The notes beneath the pieces are model-generated. The model did not search any database, had not been told where the DNA came from, and saw only the letters and a program-made list of their open reading frames with translations. 64,000 nt of DNA from Antedon mediterranea (lineage: Eukaryota > Animalia > Echinodermata), in contig NC_092671.1 of assembly GCF_964355755.1 (NCBI RefSeq), forward strand, positions 6,572,001 to 6,636,000, in the 5' to 3' direction. Position numbers and translations under genes: made by a program. This document shows positions 14,201 through 29,200 of the stretch, piece by piece; the stretch's first letter is position 1; the number at the start of each line of letters is the position of its first letter.

Positions 14201-17200
14201 AAAGCAACGGATGAGAGTAGGCTACTTCTATGTGATGACTGTGACATAAGTTATCATACGTACTGCCTTGATCCACCTCTGATGACTGTCCCCAAGGGGG
14301 GTTGGAAATGCAAATGGTAAGATTTAAAACATAAATATTAATGCATAATATGATATTTATATTGGGTTTTTTTTTTGGTAAGCAATAAAATATAACTGTT
14401 TGAAATTTAATCCATTATTTTCTTAGTTTATACACAAATTATTCTATTTGTCTTTACCTCTTGGTTGTGTCTTTCTTGGAAATTCTGACATCTGACAGGA
14501 TTTGAACCAGTTAATTTAAATTAAGCATGTGTTATATTAACACTGTCAAAATTGTTGTCAAAAACAACTCCTCTACCAAACTCCAAGCCAAATACAAGTT
14601 TGTTTGTGTAAAGCATCTTATTTGTATTTTTATTCTATGAATGGTTTGGATATTTGGATAGTGATTTCAAGTCCTAAATAAACATTTCTTGAGTTTATCA
14701 TAATTGCTATTAACCGTAATTTATGAACGCATTCTCTTTCAGGTGTGTAAAATGTTTACAGTGTGGCGCCACGACGCCTGGTTATAATGCAGAGTGGCAA
14801 AAGAACTACACACTGTGTGCTCCATGTGGCAGCTGTATAAATTGTATAGTTTGTTTTAGGACATACAATGAAGGAGATCTTATTATTCAATGCATACAGT
14901 GTGAAAGGTATAGTTCAATTTTTAGTCATTATAAAACTGTAATTACAGAAATCTACTAGTGTACCACAAATGTTCAATGTGCAAACCTAAACAATACATG
15001 TTTATAGTCTTATAAAGAATCGGTTGTTTTTATTAAAAATTTTAAAATAGTTATCAAAAGTTATCATTAAAATTCAAAAAGAAGATCGGTCCAAGTGTAC
15101 ACTACTATGTTTTAAAAAATTGTTAAAGAGTTTTCTTTTCCCTAAGGAATAATTTAGATTTGTCCTTGTATACTGCTTTAATTAATGTACAGCGCTTTGG
15201 TCTTTTTTGGAAAAGCGCTCTATAACTCTGTATAGTATAGTATATAGTATAATATCAATTTAATATAATTACAGTTATCAAATATATATGTTTTGTTATT
15301 GTTTAGATGGTCGCATGCAGTTTGTGATGGTTTACACACTGAAGATGAGTTGGAAAGGGTAGCCGATAAAGGGTATCATTGTACGTGGTGTCGCCCAATG
15401 AAACCACCGTCTCCGCTACCTATTGAAGAAGATAAATCTCCACCACCATTGCCAAAAGTTATCATTAAAATTCCAAAAGAAGGTAAGTAGTTACAATAGA
15501 AATGTTGCGAAATATGTTCAAAGTAACAGCAATGTTTTCTTGGCTAATAAAGAAACAGCAGTCAAATCATAACTCTTGGCATTTCGTACAAAAAATTCGC
15601 TCTTAATCTGCAAAATCATACACTTATTATTAGCTATTATCCTGTGTCGGATAGTGCAATCAAAGTTATTTTTCAAAATTACTGATTGTAATATTTTACA
15701 CTAATCAGTCTTAAGCTCCTTCTACACTATCAAACTAGTTTGACAAAAAAGTGTGATGTGCCCACATATGGTAGTGATGTACCCAAATATGGTAGTGATG
15801 ACATGTCCATAAATAGGCACATCATTTTTTTTGTCACATAAAGTTTGATAGTGTAGACAGAGCTTTAGGTGATTACAGAACCATTTTGCAACCGACTTAT
15901 TATGTTTGCCTATTAAAATTGATACTTCATCTTATTTTACATTTACTTGTTTTCATTGTTATTATATTCAATCATTGTCTTTCTATTTGCAGATATTAAA
16001 CCGAAACAGTATTCAGTAGAGGGTGTGTTTCTGACAGAGTCAGGTTTCCAGCAAATCACCAGTATGTCGCACCATAGGAAGAAGTCGCGGAAGAAACGAA
16101 AATCCAGTCACGGCTTCTCACTTCTAAAGAAAATAGGTGATCCCAACTCAGAACAAACCAAAGATTTCCCTAAGCATTACAATTCAGACGGCTCAGAAAA
16201 ATGTAAGATTTAGTTTTTGTTACTGTTTTTTAAAAGGAAGCCTGGCTATATCCTTGTCCAGTCTTCTCTAAAGCCTACACTATCAAACTTTATGTGGCAA
16301 AAAAATGTAATGATGTAAAATCACTACCATATTTGGGTATATCACACACGTTTGATAGTGTAGCCTTGGGCATCCAGTGCTCTGATTTTCAATGCCTAAT
16401 GATGTTGTATTTTGGTCTCTTTAGTGTGTGACCAATTCATCTCCATTTCCTTCTGCAAATCTCAATTTCATTAGCTCCTGTCCAGTCGTTTGCCATTGTT
16501 ATTCTTTCAGGCAACCATATTCTGAGAATCCTTTTTGATATTTATTAATGAATGAATAATTTACTTTTCTGTATTTAGATCATAAAGAAAGGTCGGCCGA
16601 TGAAGAAGAGAACAAAGTAGTTGACGAAAGTACAATGTCAGATTTAGCACACAAGAAGAAAAAACAAAAGAGGAAGCCGTATAGGCCAGGCATTGGCGGC
16701 TTCATTGCAAGACCAAAACGAGGGGGAGGACTTGGACCATGCTTGGCTCCAAGACAACCCCCACCAGAGCTAAAAACAGATATACCAATGTTAGAAGCTC
16801 CTCCTGGCATGAAGTCACCTACAGAGAGTGTACCTGAAGGTAAATAATCTTGATTTTTACAGCTGGTTGGAATGTCTCAAAATAAATCCTTAGACTGCTT
16901 AGTCCAGTGGCGTAACGGCTATGAACTCTCACTGGTTAAACCCAGAGGCTCCAGTGCATAAGGGGCCCAGAGCACGAGCAGCCCAATGCAACTGCCCAGC
17001 ATTGGAGGCCCAGCATTGGAGACCCCATTAGGAGTGCTAAACCAGGGGCCTTTGCCCACTATGTTGCGCCACTGGCGTAGGGCAGCTAGGTATCCACGCA
17101 ACACATCTATATCCTGGTTAAATTACTCATACTTTTCTTTATCTTAGGGCAACCAGATCTTGCGGAACAAATAAAAGAAGAAACCATTCAATCTCCTTTA

Positions 17201-20200
17201 GCTGAAGGGGAAAAACCAAAGAAGAAACGTCGTGCTAGGAAAAAAAGCGTACTTGAACAAAAGTTCCCATCTTACATCCAGGTAACTTAAATTCAAAAGT
17301 TATCACTTCTTGCGATAACAAATTTATGTCATTATTTACCCAGTAGTTGTACCTATTGGGTGTCCTATAATGATACATGGATTATCTTTGCATACCTTAC
17401 TATTAAACATGGTTTTGTCAAGGCACCATCCGTCTTCAGCTGTGGCTTTTATTGCTGCAAGGTAACCACGCACCATCCCACTCAAAAGGACTAACAAGTT
17501 GTTTTGCGAGTTTCTGACTCATATTTTACCTTCACTTTACGAATATTTATTCATAATCTCTTGTTTCTCAGGAGGCATTTTTCGGTAAAGAGCTACTGGT
17601 TTTTAGCAAAAAGAGGAAAGGATCACCAGGAATTTCAGATGAAGAAAGTAATTCACCAGTAGTAGCGAGGCAGAAAGACACTGAGATTATCAAACCACCA
17701 GAATCTGTGACATCAACGACTAATGCCACTGCTTCAGGTGTTGCTCCTGCTACAGATAATGCACAAGTAAGTCATCCTGGGACATGTGGTCTTCACATCC
17801 TCTGCCTTCCAGATGTGCGTGTAGTAACAGGGTTATTTGTTATAAAATTGAGCATTTTTTTAAATCTATTGATACTATTAGTTAAAAATAAAGACATACA
17901 GTTGACCGTGCATATAAAATCCTTTAAGTTACATGCACTGTTGTTAGCCTCATTTGCATTGAGAAGTGAATCTGATTCCATCGATCCGTACCCAGTTTTA
18001 ATCTGATAGCAATGAGCAATGAATTGTATGATTATTAGTTTTAACAAAGTGTTTGTTGTTTTTTAGGAGCAACATGATCTTGGTAATGCAGAAGATGCTC
18101 TTAAATTGTTTACTCATGATGATGAGATATTGGGAATGCTGATGGCTGATGGTTTAGACAAGCATGGAGCAGGTAAGCATGCTGTCCTTAAACAACATCC
18201 AATTGAAAAGATACTCTTTTAAACTGTTTTGTCTTGTCCAGATTAAATTAATAATTAACTTAAGAAACTAATCTTATACTTTGTATATCAAATGTATTGA
18301 ACTTAATAATATATAGCTTTCCATTTGTGACAATCTACAAGGTAACCACGCACCATCCCACTCAAAAGGACTAACAAGTTGTTTTGCGAGTTTCTGACTC
18401 ATATTTTACCTTCACTTTACGAGTATTTATTCATAATCTCTTGTTTCTCAGGAGGCATTTTTCGGTAAAGAGCTACTGGTTTTTAGCAAAAAGAGGACTT
18501 AAACTGTTGTGGAATCAGTTGATGAAGCACATTCCAATGTCCCATGCACACAATAAGATGTTCCAAGATCCTTGCAAACCAAATGTTCCCTAATATTATA
18601 GAAGTAACCACTGTACAAGTCTGGTAATGCATTGTGTTTTTAATACTAGGTATTGATTTGGATGCAGTGGCAGCAGAAGAACCACACCAGAACACTGGTA
18701 CAAATCCTGACAACCCCGAGCATCATGCTCCTACAGAGGACTTTGACTCAATATTAAATTCAAATCTTGGTCAGATAGATCCAGGTGGTAAGTTAAAATC
18801 AAGACATTTACCGATACTCGCTTGTGTGTGTATGTATTGATTTTGTATTTTTAGAATAAGTAATAACATTTATAACTATTTCTGATTTTTAGATTTGTCT
18901 CATATCGATAGCAAAGAAGTAATAGATTTATTTGGTAGCGTGTTAAGTCCAACAGACCACCAGCCTCCTCCTACAACCAATAGCCAAGTGACAGTTGCAG
19001 GCACATCTGTCAGCGTGTCATCTGCAGGCCAGATGCCACTGACCTCAAATCAGCCATCAATACCAACCACTGTGCAGCATAAAATACCACTTAACAGACC
19101 ACCTGTTAATACAACACCACGTTTAGTAAGGTAAGGCTATGCTACTTTTTTTACAGGAATAGAACAGTGCACACAATTTCAAATTCTCAGCTGTTGTACA
19201 AATGTTCAGAAATTCCCAAATCAAACATGCTCTAAACCTCATAGTCTGACAAGACTATTCCAGTGTACACATCTGGCTCGTGCACTTTAAAGAACCTAGT
19301 ATATCTTTTGAGACGAGTATGGGTTTACTCAGGTGTACTAGTATACACACAGCCACTGTCACACACAGACACTCATCACACACAGACACTCATCATAACT
19401 CATCTCTTGATTGTCAGCATATGCTGTTTAGGGTCACGCTCTATATATAAGGTGAAATATATATATATATTGGTCACTTGGTTTCATTGATACTACTTTG
19501 CTACTGATACGTGAATGATTGTTTTCTTGTTTTGTACATAAGGCCTCCTTTATGAAATAAGTCATTGATTGTACAAGTTTGTTTGTTCTTTTAGCCCATC
19601 ATTTAGTCCAGATTTTACAGCGCCTCCTTCACCTTGGCCATCAGGAGAGGCGGAGACCGAAGGAATGTCATACACCCAAAAGGCCATTAAGAAATGGGAG
19701 AAAGACGAACATCTTGGCAACATGGCCACAATCTCACCAGTACTCTATGCAAACATGAATTATCCAGATTTAAAGAAAGACTTTCCAGGTAAAGTGTCAT
19801 CATTTGTAAACAAATAAATGAAAACTCTTTTTGTGTTAAGATTGGTTCCCACTTGAACGCAATGCACCGTCGTAGACACAGTGCAAATGAGATGACCAAT
19901 CACAAGCGTCAGTTCAGATGGTCAACGAATTATGATTGTGTTATGCTTACGTCCTTGCGTAGCATCACAGTGCGAACCAAGCTTTAGCGTGTACATATTA
20001 ATTATTTGTCTTCGTAGATAACCACACCCCATTTCCGAAATAAGAATACCTCATTACCTTTTTCTACACAGTATAGTCATTCAGTTTTATCTAGATTATC
20101 ACATTCTCATTTCATTTTTAATTATTTCTTTTAGATTGGCCATCAAGGGCAAAGCAAATACAAAAACTGTGGAGAAAGGTCACACCTGAAGAGAAGCAAC

Positions 20201-23200
20201 CATTTTTGGTAAGTTCCTCTAGCCATTATCACAATGAGATTGCATTCTATTCATTTCTGTACATTAAATTTTTATAAATGAAAGTTCATCCCAAACACAT
20301 TTTGCTGTAAAGTGCATTTCACAACAATCAAATCATTTTGTCTTAAAAAATATGCACTATGCAGCATAGGCCCATTCATGAGTAAAAGCAATTTCCATTG
20401 TGTATCAATTTCTATTGTATTATGAGTGGAAATGAAGACAAATAAGACACACATGATGATGACTATAATTGACACTTGTGCATGCTTTGATACAGTGCTC
20501 AGGTATAATATGTTGCTTTGATGTAATGGATCTATAGCAACTTGTTTCTGGTTCTGGTTATGTAGTCATTGTTGAGAAAATTGTTTTGTGAGGTTGACAA
20601 TCCAATACCTGCTATAGGAAAGGCAACTGCATGGTAGTATTATCACTGTTTGGATCACATCCCCATTATCACTGCAATCACAGCTTTACACCGTAAAAAC
20701 AGAAAAAATGTGCTTCACAAATAGGGACCTATGCAGTACCCAAAAAATGATTGAAAGCACAGCAAACATGTTTACGTCCACAAGATAACTAAAAATTTGT
20801 TGGTAAATTACTAAATAGTAATACTTATTAGGCTTTTTAAAAAAAATTGACAAGTATTGACTTTACCATGTGCATGTACCAATAAGTATCACACGCCACC
20901 CATGCTTAACACCATGCATGTCTAATTCACAGCAATATGCTAAGGACAATCGATCAACTCAGAAACTTAAGGTTACTCAAAAGGTATGTTTCCATTATTT
21001 CACTCACTCCGTATATACACTCAGTTCTCTGCCACATTCTTTATTCCATCATTTCACATTGGATTTGTTACATTTATTCATAAATCAAGATATAAACAAT
21101 GTTTTGTCCAATTTCTTCTTCAGGATTTCGCAAATTAAATTTGTTAAAGTAAAGTTAATTTGAACCCAAGAACATCGATAATTTGATCTTTTTTCACCCC
21201 TACATTGTCAAATGTTCAACAATTGAACTGGACTAAAGTGCTTGGGGGATCCAATGAATTGACATCCTTAATACTTGTCATAAAAAAGAGATGTCCTGTA
21301 TTATCAATAAATATCAAAATTCAAAACATTTTAATTGAGCTTTTTACAATGTTGATAACCTAAGTAAAACACCAATACTTTGTTACTTGCTTACAGTTAA
21401 GTGAAGGAATATTAAGGAAGAAGATGGAGGGTACTGCACCAGTTTATAATAGAAGCATGTCAGCTCCGGTATCTGTAAACCATGCCTTATCAAGTGTTGT
21501 TGGTTTTCCTGGACAATTAGTACAATCTCCAATGACCTCACCCATGACTGAAAAAGACTTAAAAGATGTAAAGTTACTGAAGGAACAGGATCAAGATAGA
21601 AGGTGGAAACAGCTGACGAGGATTGAAGATCACCAGCAAACTCCAGGTTAGCTTTTTTAATCAATTTAAATCTTGTTAGTTAATTCTTAATCTCAACATT
21701 TTTAATCATCCGCATCTATTCCTGTAAATTAAGCATGTAGTTAAAGGATTGAAAAAAAGAATTGTATTAAGAACTATCAGATGCAATTTACCAAATTATA
21801 TTTTCTATGAAATGCATCATAGTAAAAATCTGTTTTATCTCTCTTTTGTAGGTGATGGAAGGAATGTAATGGGTGCTGGAATGCAAGAGAACCCTGATCA
21901 AAATATACCCGGAGTAATGATGAACGTTTCTATGTCTGCTCAGAGCCCAATACAATCTCGTTCAGGGGCATCAACTCCACAACACCCTTTCCCGTCAAAT
22001 AATTTACCAAATCAACAATCAATACTGTCTTCACCTCTGCCAAACAATTTGCCACATGGACCTTTTCCTGTGATGGATCCGCAAACACCGGGAGCTGTAA
22101 GCCATCCATCAATGGAACATTTTCAGTCTGAACCAGGAATGTCTAATAAAGTCAATCTGGGTACTGTACCTGGATCGTCATTACCAGTGACACATAATCA
22201 AAGTGGCGTAATGCCAAACACTGTTCCAAACAACTCGGGGACACCGATGACAGGAATGCATCTACCTTTGCAGCCTATGTCTGCAGCCTCAGTAACATCT
22301 GTTCCTCCAAGTCCAGTACATGGTGAACAAATGATGCCAACAGTTGTTACAGAGAGTCAGATGCATCCACCTGTGACACCTGGTCACGAAACATCAAGTG
22401 GACAACAGTTTAACCAATTTCAAATTCAGAACCAAAGCCAGCATTTAGCAATGTCTGATGAAAAATTTCAGAATAGGCAGCACTTGAAGGAATTATTAAT
22501 GCGAAGAAAAAAGAGAGAACCACTCACACAAGGCGTAACGGCGCATTGGCAAGGGGATGACGTCCAGCGAGGTCCACCTCCACCATATCCTAGTGGAACT
22601 ATGAATCCAGGTGTCCGACCACCATTTCCAGGTGGAGAATTTCCTCAAGGATTTGGCCCAAGAATGACATTTGACAACTCATTGCAACCTCAGTCTGACA
22701 TGCAAAATATACCTAATCAGCAGGTGATGATGCATGGTAATGCACCAGGTGGGTTAATGCCTCAGTGGAAGCAACCAGGTCAGTTTACTGGTCCAAGAAT
22801 GCCAACAAATCAACCAGAAAGGCCTCAAGGTCCTTACATTGAACTCAAACATGGAGGAATTGCACGTGCAAGAAATCCTCATATGGAAATCTTGCATGAG
22901 AGGTTACAACAAAGAGCTGTTAGTGCTCAATTCCAGCAACCTAGAATGCCATTGAGACCTACAATGGATGCACATGGGAATTCTCTGGATCCATATGATC
23001 ATCTTGTGCGACAGAACAATGCCAATCAAGGAATTCAATTTCCTATTAAATCTGAACCTCAGATTCAACATCAATTGCATAGAGCCGCCCCACATGCAGG
23101 CAGCTCGTCTGTGCCTGTCACACCAACTAGCAGTACGCCAACGCCACCATTCGGACAACCACAAAATCAGCACTTTGCAAACCAATCAATAACACGTGTG

Positions 23201-26200
23201 CAAAGTCAGCCACAAGGTGGTGATCATGGACAGGAAGATCATGATCCACATTTGGATGATTTATTTCAGAATGGAGAGTTTAATATTCTAGATTTGGCAG
23301 ATCCTCTTATTGATATCAACAAACATTCAGAAGATAACCAACAGCTATTTCGAGACCTTGGCATTGGAGATGACCGAGAGGATGATTCTAAAAATCCACA
23401 AAAGCAATCGCAACAGAAAATGTCATCAACATCGCAACCAGTTGATAATTCAAGCAGCATTCCACAAACACAGAATGAAACTGATACTGATAAAAGTAAA
23501 TCAGAGAGTACTACAAAAATTATTGAAGGTGAAAACAAAAAGGAGGACAGCATAAAAGAGGAAAAACCATTCGATAAATTATCGAAAAAAGAAAGTGAAA
23601 AGGGGAAGAGAGTTGAACGGTCAGAAAGTACAGAAGGTATAAACAAGGCTGAAAGTGCTACTACAAGTAATACTATCTCTAATGACAGTTCCACAACTAA
23701 AGCAGAGAATACTACTGATAAAGAGTTAGTGGAAAAACCTCAGGAAACAAAGGATACCAAGTTGACAAGTGATAAAACACACACCACAAAATGTGATGGT
23801 ATACATGGCTGTCCTGGAGATGAAGACAAAGCCGGTAAATCTGATTCTGATAAATCAAATGAAGAAACGGATCTGAATCTTAAATCCACTGATAAAGATG
23901 TGAAAGAACAAACGAATGAATCAAAAGATACCAATCAGGTGCCTGGTAAACAAGAAGAGGTCGCCAAAACTGGTACAGAGAATAATGATCTGCCTGCTAA
24001 AACTACACAAGAAAGTAAAGTTGAATTGGAAGCAAGTACTGATACAAGGGAAACTAAACCAGTTATTGAAGTTAAAGAAAGTTCTCCAGTGATTAAAATT
24101 GAAAACAAAACTGACTGTTGTGGTGGGGGAAATTGTTCGCCAAAGCAAGAGAATAATCAATCGCATGGAGACCTTTCAAAAGAGAATACTAATTCACTTG
24201 CAAGTACATCTCAAAAGCAAAGTGAAGACTTGAAAGATTTTTCCACAAGTAAACTAATGACAGAACAAGAACTTGAACATACTGATGGCGACATGGTAAA
24301 AAAAATGGAAGGTTTTTCAATACCACCAATCCAACCACCTAGTGCAAAAGACCAAGAATCCTTACAGACTGACACGATACAGCAAATAAAGACCGAAAAG
24401 AGACTGTCTTTGCTAGAAGAACAACCTCTTTTGCTACAAGATCTTTTAGACCAGGAGAAGCTTGAACAGCAGAAACAGCAAGATGGAACAAGTTCACAAG
24501 CACCAGCTGTTAAAGCACCAACGCCTGACCCCTTTCTGGAGTTGGATTTTGAAAAGCTAAAAGCTGAAGTACGACAGTTCGCAAAAGGTAAGCTGTCAGT
24601 TTTGAGATCATTTAAAAATCTTAACTTGAGGAAATAATCAATATTATGGATTGATATTATTTAATTAAAATTCCACTGTCCTGTCATGATATAATAAATA
24701 TTGATAATGAAGTGACATTTATTATAAATAATGGTATCATTTTAATTTACGTTTTTGTATTTGACAAAGAAAAATTGTGTGGTTTGTCATCAGAATTATT
24801 GTTATACATAATGCATATATATTATTGTCATGACATTCCTAGCAGTACAGTTGTATAGATTTGCCAAAATGTAGTTTTTAAATTCTTACAATTTGTTTCA
24901 GAAGCTGAACTAAAGGCACCTGGTCCTCATGCTCAACTCCTACAAGCTATGAACAGACAGCATCAAGAGCAGCTACAGCAACAACAGTTTCATAGTTCTG
25001 CCCAAGCAGAAACAGCAGTTGTAGATCAGCTGGTTCAACCAGAACCTCCAGCAAACCAAAGGTTTCCACGTATGCCTAATCCTGATACATTGGTTTCAAA
25101 ACAAACTACATTCTCACCAAATTCTCAATCAAGTATGGTAGGACAGAGATTTCCTTTGCCAGCAAGTGGACAACAGTCACCAATGGTACCAGGGCAGATG
25201 CCATTGCGTTCACCACATCAGCCAATAACACCTGGACAAATGTCTCCAATGAATTCTGCTGGTGTACCAAGTCCAGGAGGTCCCCAAGTGTTTTCAGAAA
25301 TGCAAAGACCACCTGTTCCCAGAATGCCAGGTGTAATGCCAAATCAGCATGTACAGGGTCCTTCACCCAGTCCTATACCACGTATGATGGGTAACATGAT
25401 GGGTCAAAACCAAAGAATGTCTGCATCACCTTTAAACAGTGTTCCAAGGATGCCTGGTGCAATGCAAAGCCCAGGAGGAAATATTGGTATGCCTATGCCA
25501 TCACCAAACTCAATGCAACGTATGCCTGGACCACAAGGACAACAGATGGGTGATATTCCACTAGGAATGATGTCACCGCAAGGTTTGCAGAACCAACAGG
25601 CAAGGATGCAGTTAGGCGGACAAAGACCACCTCTTCTAGATGGACAAGGATTCATGCCTCCATTCGCAGATGAACCTGCGCCAAACCCGCAAGATAGAGT
25701 TCAACATCAACAGTGGCTGCTTAGAAAAGAGCAACATTTGCAAATGCAAGTCAAGGCTCTTGATGCAGAAATAAGCAAATACAGAAAACGTAAAAAAGTT
25801 TTATCAGCCAGACAAAGGTCGTGTAAAAAGAGTGGTCGTGTGTTCCCTGAAAGTGATGTCAGAGAGTTGGATACATTATCTCAGCAATATAGTGTTATTA
25901 CAAAGAAGTTAGAAGCAGCCCGGAAACTTGTCCGCCAACATTCTTCTTTGATGGAAGAATATGGATTAAAACCTCAAAAGGCAATGACTGGTCCTGGAAA
26001 TATTATGCAAAGACCGCCTTTTCAAAACCAACAAAACATGATGATGGGTGGAAATGGTCAGATGCCTTTTATGCACCCTAGAGGTATGATGACACCTAAT
26101 ATGATGATGAGACAACAGATGCTTGGGAACAATCCTCATATGATACAAACTAATCAGGGACAAATGATGCCAGGGAAACCTGGTGCAATGATGCAGCATT

Positions 26201-29200
26201 TTCAACAGGCTGGTATAATGCAACAAGGTCAAACACCAATGATGCAGCTTGGAGGTCAACGCATGATTGCACCAGGTCAGCAATCACCAATGATGATGGG
26301 TGGACAGCAGATGCAAGGGGGACAGATGATGCAACCGGGACAGCAGATGTTGCAACATGGACAGCAAATTATGCATCCAGCAATGATGCAAGGTGGTATG
26401 CTTCATGGTGGTCAACAACTTCCTATGAACCAACAAGGAATATTACAACAACCAGGCATGATGCAAAAACTTGGAATTTTGCCAATTCGACAACAAATGA
26501 TGCAACCTGGTCACCAATCACCAATGCTTCATCCAGGTCAGCAAACACCAATGTTACAACCAGGTCAGCAATCACCCATGATGCCTCCAGGTCAACAATC
26601 ACCGATGATGCCTCCAGGTCAACAATCACCGATGATGCCTCCAGGTCAACAATCACCGATGATGCCTCCAGGTCAACAATCACCGATGATGCCTCCAGGT
26701 CAACAGACACCAATGATACCTCCAGGTCAGCAGTCACCAATGATGCCTCCAGGTCAGCAGTTACCAATGATGCCTCCAGGTCAAAATTCACCTATGATGC
26801 TTCCAGGGCAGCAGTCGCCAATGATTGCACCAGGTCATCAGTCACCTATGATGCCTCCAGGTCAACAGTCACCTATGGTTCCTCTAGGTCAACAATCGCC
26901 AATGGGTCCTCTTGGTCAGCAGTCTCCAATGATGCAGCCTGGTCAGCAGTCACCAATGATGCAGCCTGGTCAGCATTCACCAATGATGCAGCCTGGTCAA
27001 CAGTCACCAATGAGGCAACCTGGACAGCAATCGCCAATGAGACAACCTGGTCAACAATCACCAATGATGCAGCCGCTGCCTGGTCAGCAGTCACCAATGA
27101 GACAACCTGGTCAACAATCACCAATGATGCACCCAGGTCAACAGTCGCCAATGAGACAACCTGGACAACAATCTCCAATGTTGCAACCAGGACAACAATC
27201 ACCTATGATGCAACCAGGACAACAATCGCCAATGGTACAATCAGGACAACAGTCCCCAATGGTTTCCATGGGTCAACCATCACCATTAATACCATCAGCA
27301 GGAAAGTTATCTCAGATGCAACTAAATCAAATGCAGACATCAATATTGCAAAAGCAACCAGGGTCAATAATACAGTCTGCACAAATGATGCATTCAGAAC
27401 CATTATCTAAGTTGGATCAAGTGACCCCTGCTTCAACACCATCAAGAATTGCTCCAGTACCACAAGGTTCTCAAATGGTACAAATGCAGTCATCTCTGAT
27501 TATTGGAAATGAACAATCTCCAGTAACTCATACAGACGCTCAGTCACCTCTGATTCCATTAGAGCATAAGTCCCCAATTGTTTCTCAGAGCCAGCAGTCT
27601 CCTATAGTACTACCAAACCAACAGTCTTCAAATATAGTACCTGGTCAACCATCACCATTGGTGCAATCTGAGAAACCACCTCAAATACCAATAACTGGGC
27701 AGCAGTCGCCAATAGTTTCTTCTGAACAGCAGTCTCAGATGACTGGACATCAGTCTCCAATGATAAAGCAACAGTCACCACAAGGAAGCCAGCCTTCACC
27801 TGCACAGGAATCATTACCACCAATGGTGCCATTTCAGCAAGGTGCACAATCACCAATAAATCCAACTACTCCATCACCAATGTTGGGAAATACTTCAAAA
27901 TTTCCAACACCTCAACATCCAGGAATACAGCAAAGTCCAAAACCACCTATGTCACCACGAGGAGCACCTGCAGTGTTGTCCCAACAGCAAATTGTTCAGA
28001 TATCTATGATGGACAACAACCCATTTAGTGAGGCATTCCAAGCTAGAGAAAGACAAGCTAAATTGGAACAACAGAATGAAAGACAGAGGATTCAGTTAGT
28101 TCAAGAGATAGCAAAGATAAAGCAAGCCCAGAATCCAATGGTTAATGTACAAAATCGTTCTAAGCCAACACAGGGAGAGGCATCCTTTTTCAACAAAGAT
28201 GCACTTGGTTTTCCAATGACAGATCAATTTTTAATGGAAGTACAGTCTACAAATGAAACGTTAAATCATATCCAACAAGTAATTTCACAACAGGCACCCC
28301 AACCAGGTATGCCGATAGCTGACAGCCTGCAAATGCCACCACCAGAAGGTTTCCCAATGCCTCCAAGCTATCCAGTGTCTCAGGACAAGAAAGAAAAACC
28401 TAAGAAGAAGCAAAGGCGCAAGAAAAAGAATGCAGATTCAGAAGATGCAGATGGTAATGTACTGAGCAATGTTCGTCCTGGACGACCTCTACCATTGATG
28501 CCTCTTGAAACACCTCCAACACCAAATGATATGATGGTATCTAATATGGGGATTCACAAACCTGGTGAATTAATGCAGCACTCTAGTAGTTCTGGCATTA
28601 TTAATCCAGCTAACACTAATATCCCAGTTGAAGATCTTCCTATGCTCCCTGGCCTAGATGAACATGGTATGCAACAGATTAATACTCAAGAACTATCAGG
28701 AGCTCAGAAAACCTTCCTTCAAAACCAACTTTTGAAACAGTTATTACAGGGACCAGCTTTATATGGCCAACAGAAGATTACACACATTCCTCCCAACCTT
28801 GCTGAACTAGCTCTTGCTAGTGGTAATCAAAATTCTGAACAGCACCAACTAGACCTTCCAAATGGCAACAATGTACCTGTAAGAGAACACGAGGAAGATG
28901 AAGAAGAGATCAAGTTAACGCCAGAGCAGCTAAAGCAATTGGAGATGTTGGAAAAACTTCCTTATGTCATTAAAAAGAAGGATGGAAAACCAGCTAAAAA
29001 TGATCATGAAATTTTGATGGAGATTCACAGAGAGGAGATCCAAGAGAAACAAAAGCAATTAGAAATGGAAGAACATCAAAAACAAAAGAAGAAAGATGGT
29101 GTAAAGAAGAGCCCCAAGGAAAGAGCTCCTCGGAAGCGCAAGAAACTTTCAAAAACTGACGCAAAGAACCAAGACACCATTATGAATGCACTGAAACAGC

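Noticed and set aside
21749-21851. N-terminal part of the 962-aa ORF as an independent gene start
   Set aside because: It is intronic read-through upstream of a clear acceptor at 21850-21851, and the exon chain is frame-consistent without it.
21930-27865. Antisense and alternative-frame ORFs over the two giant KMT2C exons (e.g. DLEASSVIV repeats)
   Set aside because: They are shadows of the codon-biased, repetitive sense strand.
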